From: Albugo candida
Lineage: Eukaryota
Length of the DNA: 64,000 bases
Direction: 5' to 3'
NCBI GenBank assembly: GCA_040437565.1
Contig: JBDOQK010000002.1
Location: 248,001-312,000 of the forward strand
Position numbers and translations under genes: made by a program
Shown: piece by piece, positions 63,643-64,000 of the stretch
Layout of the letters: every line of letters starts with the position of its first letter
How positions within the stretch are numbered: position 1 is the stretch's first letter
Notes under the pieces: model-generated
Told to the model about the DNA's origin: nothing
Seen by the model: only the letters and a program-made list of their open reading frames with translations
Databases searched by the model: none

Positions 63643-63665
63643 TTAGGGTTTAGGGTTTAGGGTTT
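63643..63665 (+). repeat. About three TTTAGGG telomere-type repeats, interstitial
   Basis: TTAGGGTTTAGGGTTTAGGGTTT. Confidence 0.7.
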
Positions 63666-64000
63666 GAGTACAAGTGTAATATATCTTTATGTTATACTTA
63701 CAGCTTCATACAGTAGCTACTAAAGCATTGCTGTCTGTGTGAACTGAGTCTGGAACTNNNNNNNNNNNNNNNNNNNNNNNNNNNNNNNNNNNNNNNNNNN
63801 NNNNNNNNNNNNNNNNNNNNNNNNNNNNNNNNNNNNNNNNNNNNNNNNNNNNNNNNNATTTGGTTGGCCGGCCAGAGGATGATGTGCGAGGAATACCATG
63901 GATTGCGATATCCCATCTCCAAACATTCCATTCCGCATCACCGGTTGCTTTCCTCCCGGTCCAAGATTCATCCGTTGAGATACGAGAGCATCTTCAGCAA

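Noticed and set aside
63643-63665. True chromosome end
   Set aside because: Only about three units, with unique sequence continuing on both sides.
1-64000. CRISPR arrays, rRNA, tRNA and canonical RXLR/CHXC/CCG effectors
   Set aside because: None recognised by eye. tRNAscan-SE, Infernal and motif scans were not run.

Overview
Eukaryotic draft-assembly scaffold with about 24 gaps of 100 N. It looks oomycete, most consistent with Albugo (inference from very compact genes, ~50-58 nt GT-AG introns, an INR+FPR-like promoter and a tubulin glycylase). Bases 1-36.5 kb and 42.5-49.1 kb are gene dense: kinesin-4, COG6, B-box proteins, CaM-lysine methyltransferase, PfkB kinase, VAP, an RRM protein, PDS5, an ankyrin protein, an NDUFAF7-family methyltransferase and TTLL3/8. 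Bases 37-42 kb and 49-64 kb are mostly decayed Gypsy, Copia and LINE sequence plus MITEs, with one small secreted-protein candidate. Sequence flanking most N gaps is duplicated (unmerged contigs or haplotypes), so several long ORFs in the track are chimeric. The best lead is a psq/CENP-B-type HTH fused to a UPRT fold that has lost its catalytic motifs, a possible PurR/PyrR-like metabolite-sensing transcription factor. Other leads are an IPC-synthase homologue lacking all three catalytic residues, a plasmepsin-V-like protease lacking both catalytic aspartates, and a secreted-protein ORF with ATA where ATG is expected. All family calls come from motif recognition by eye; no searches were run.
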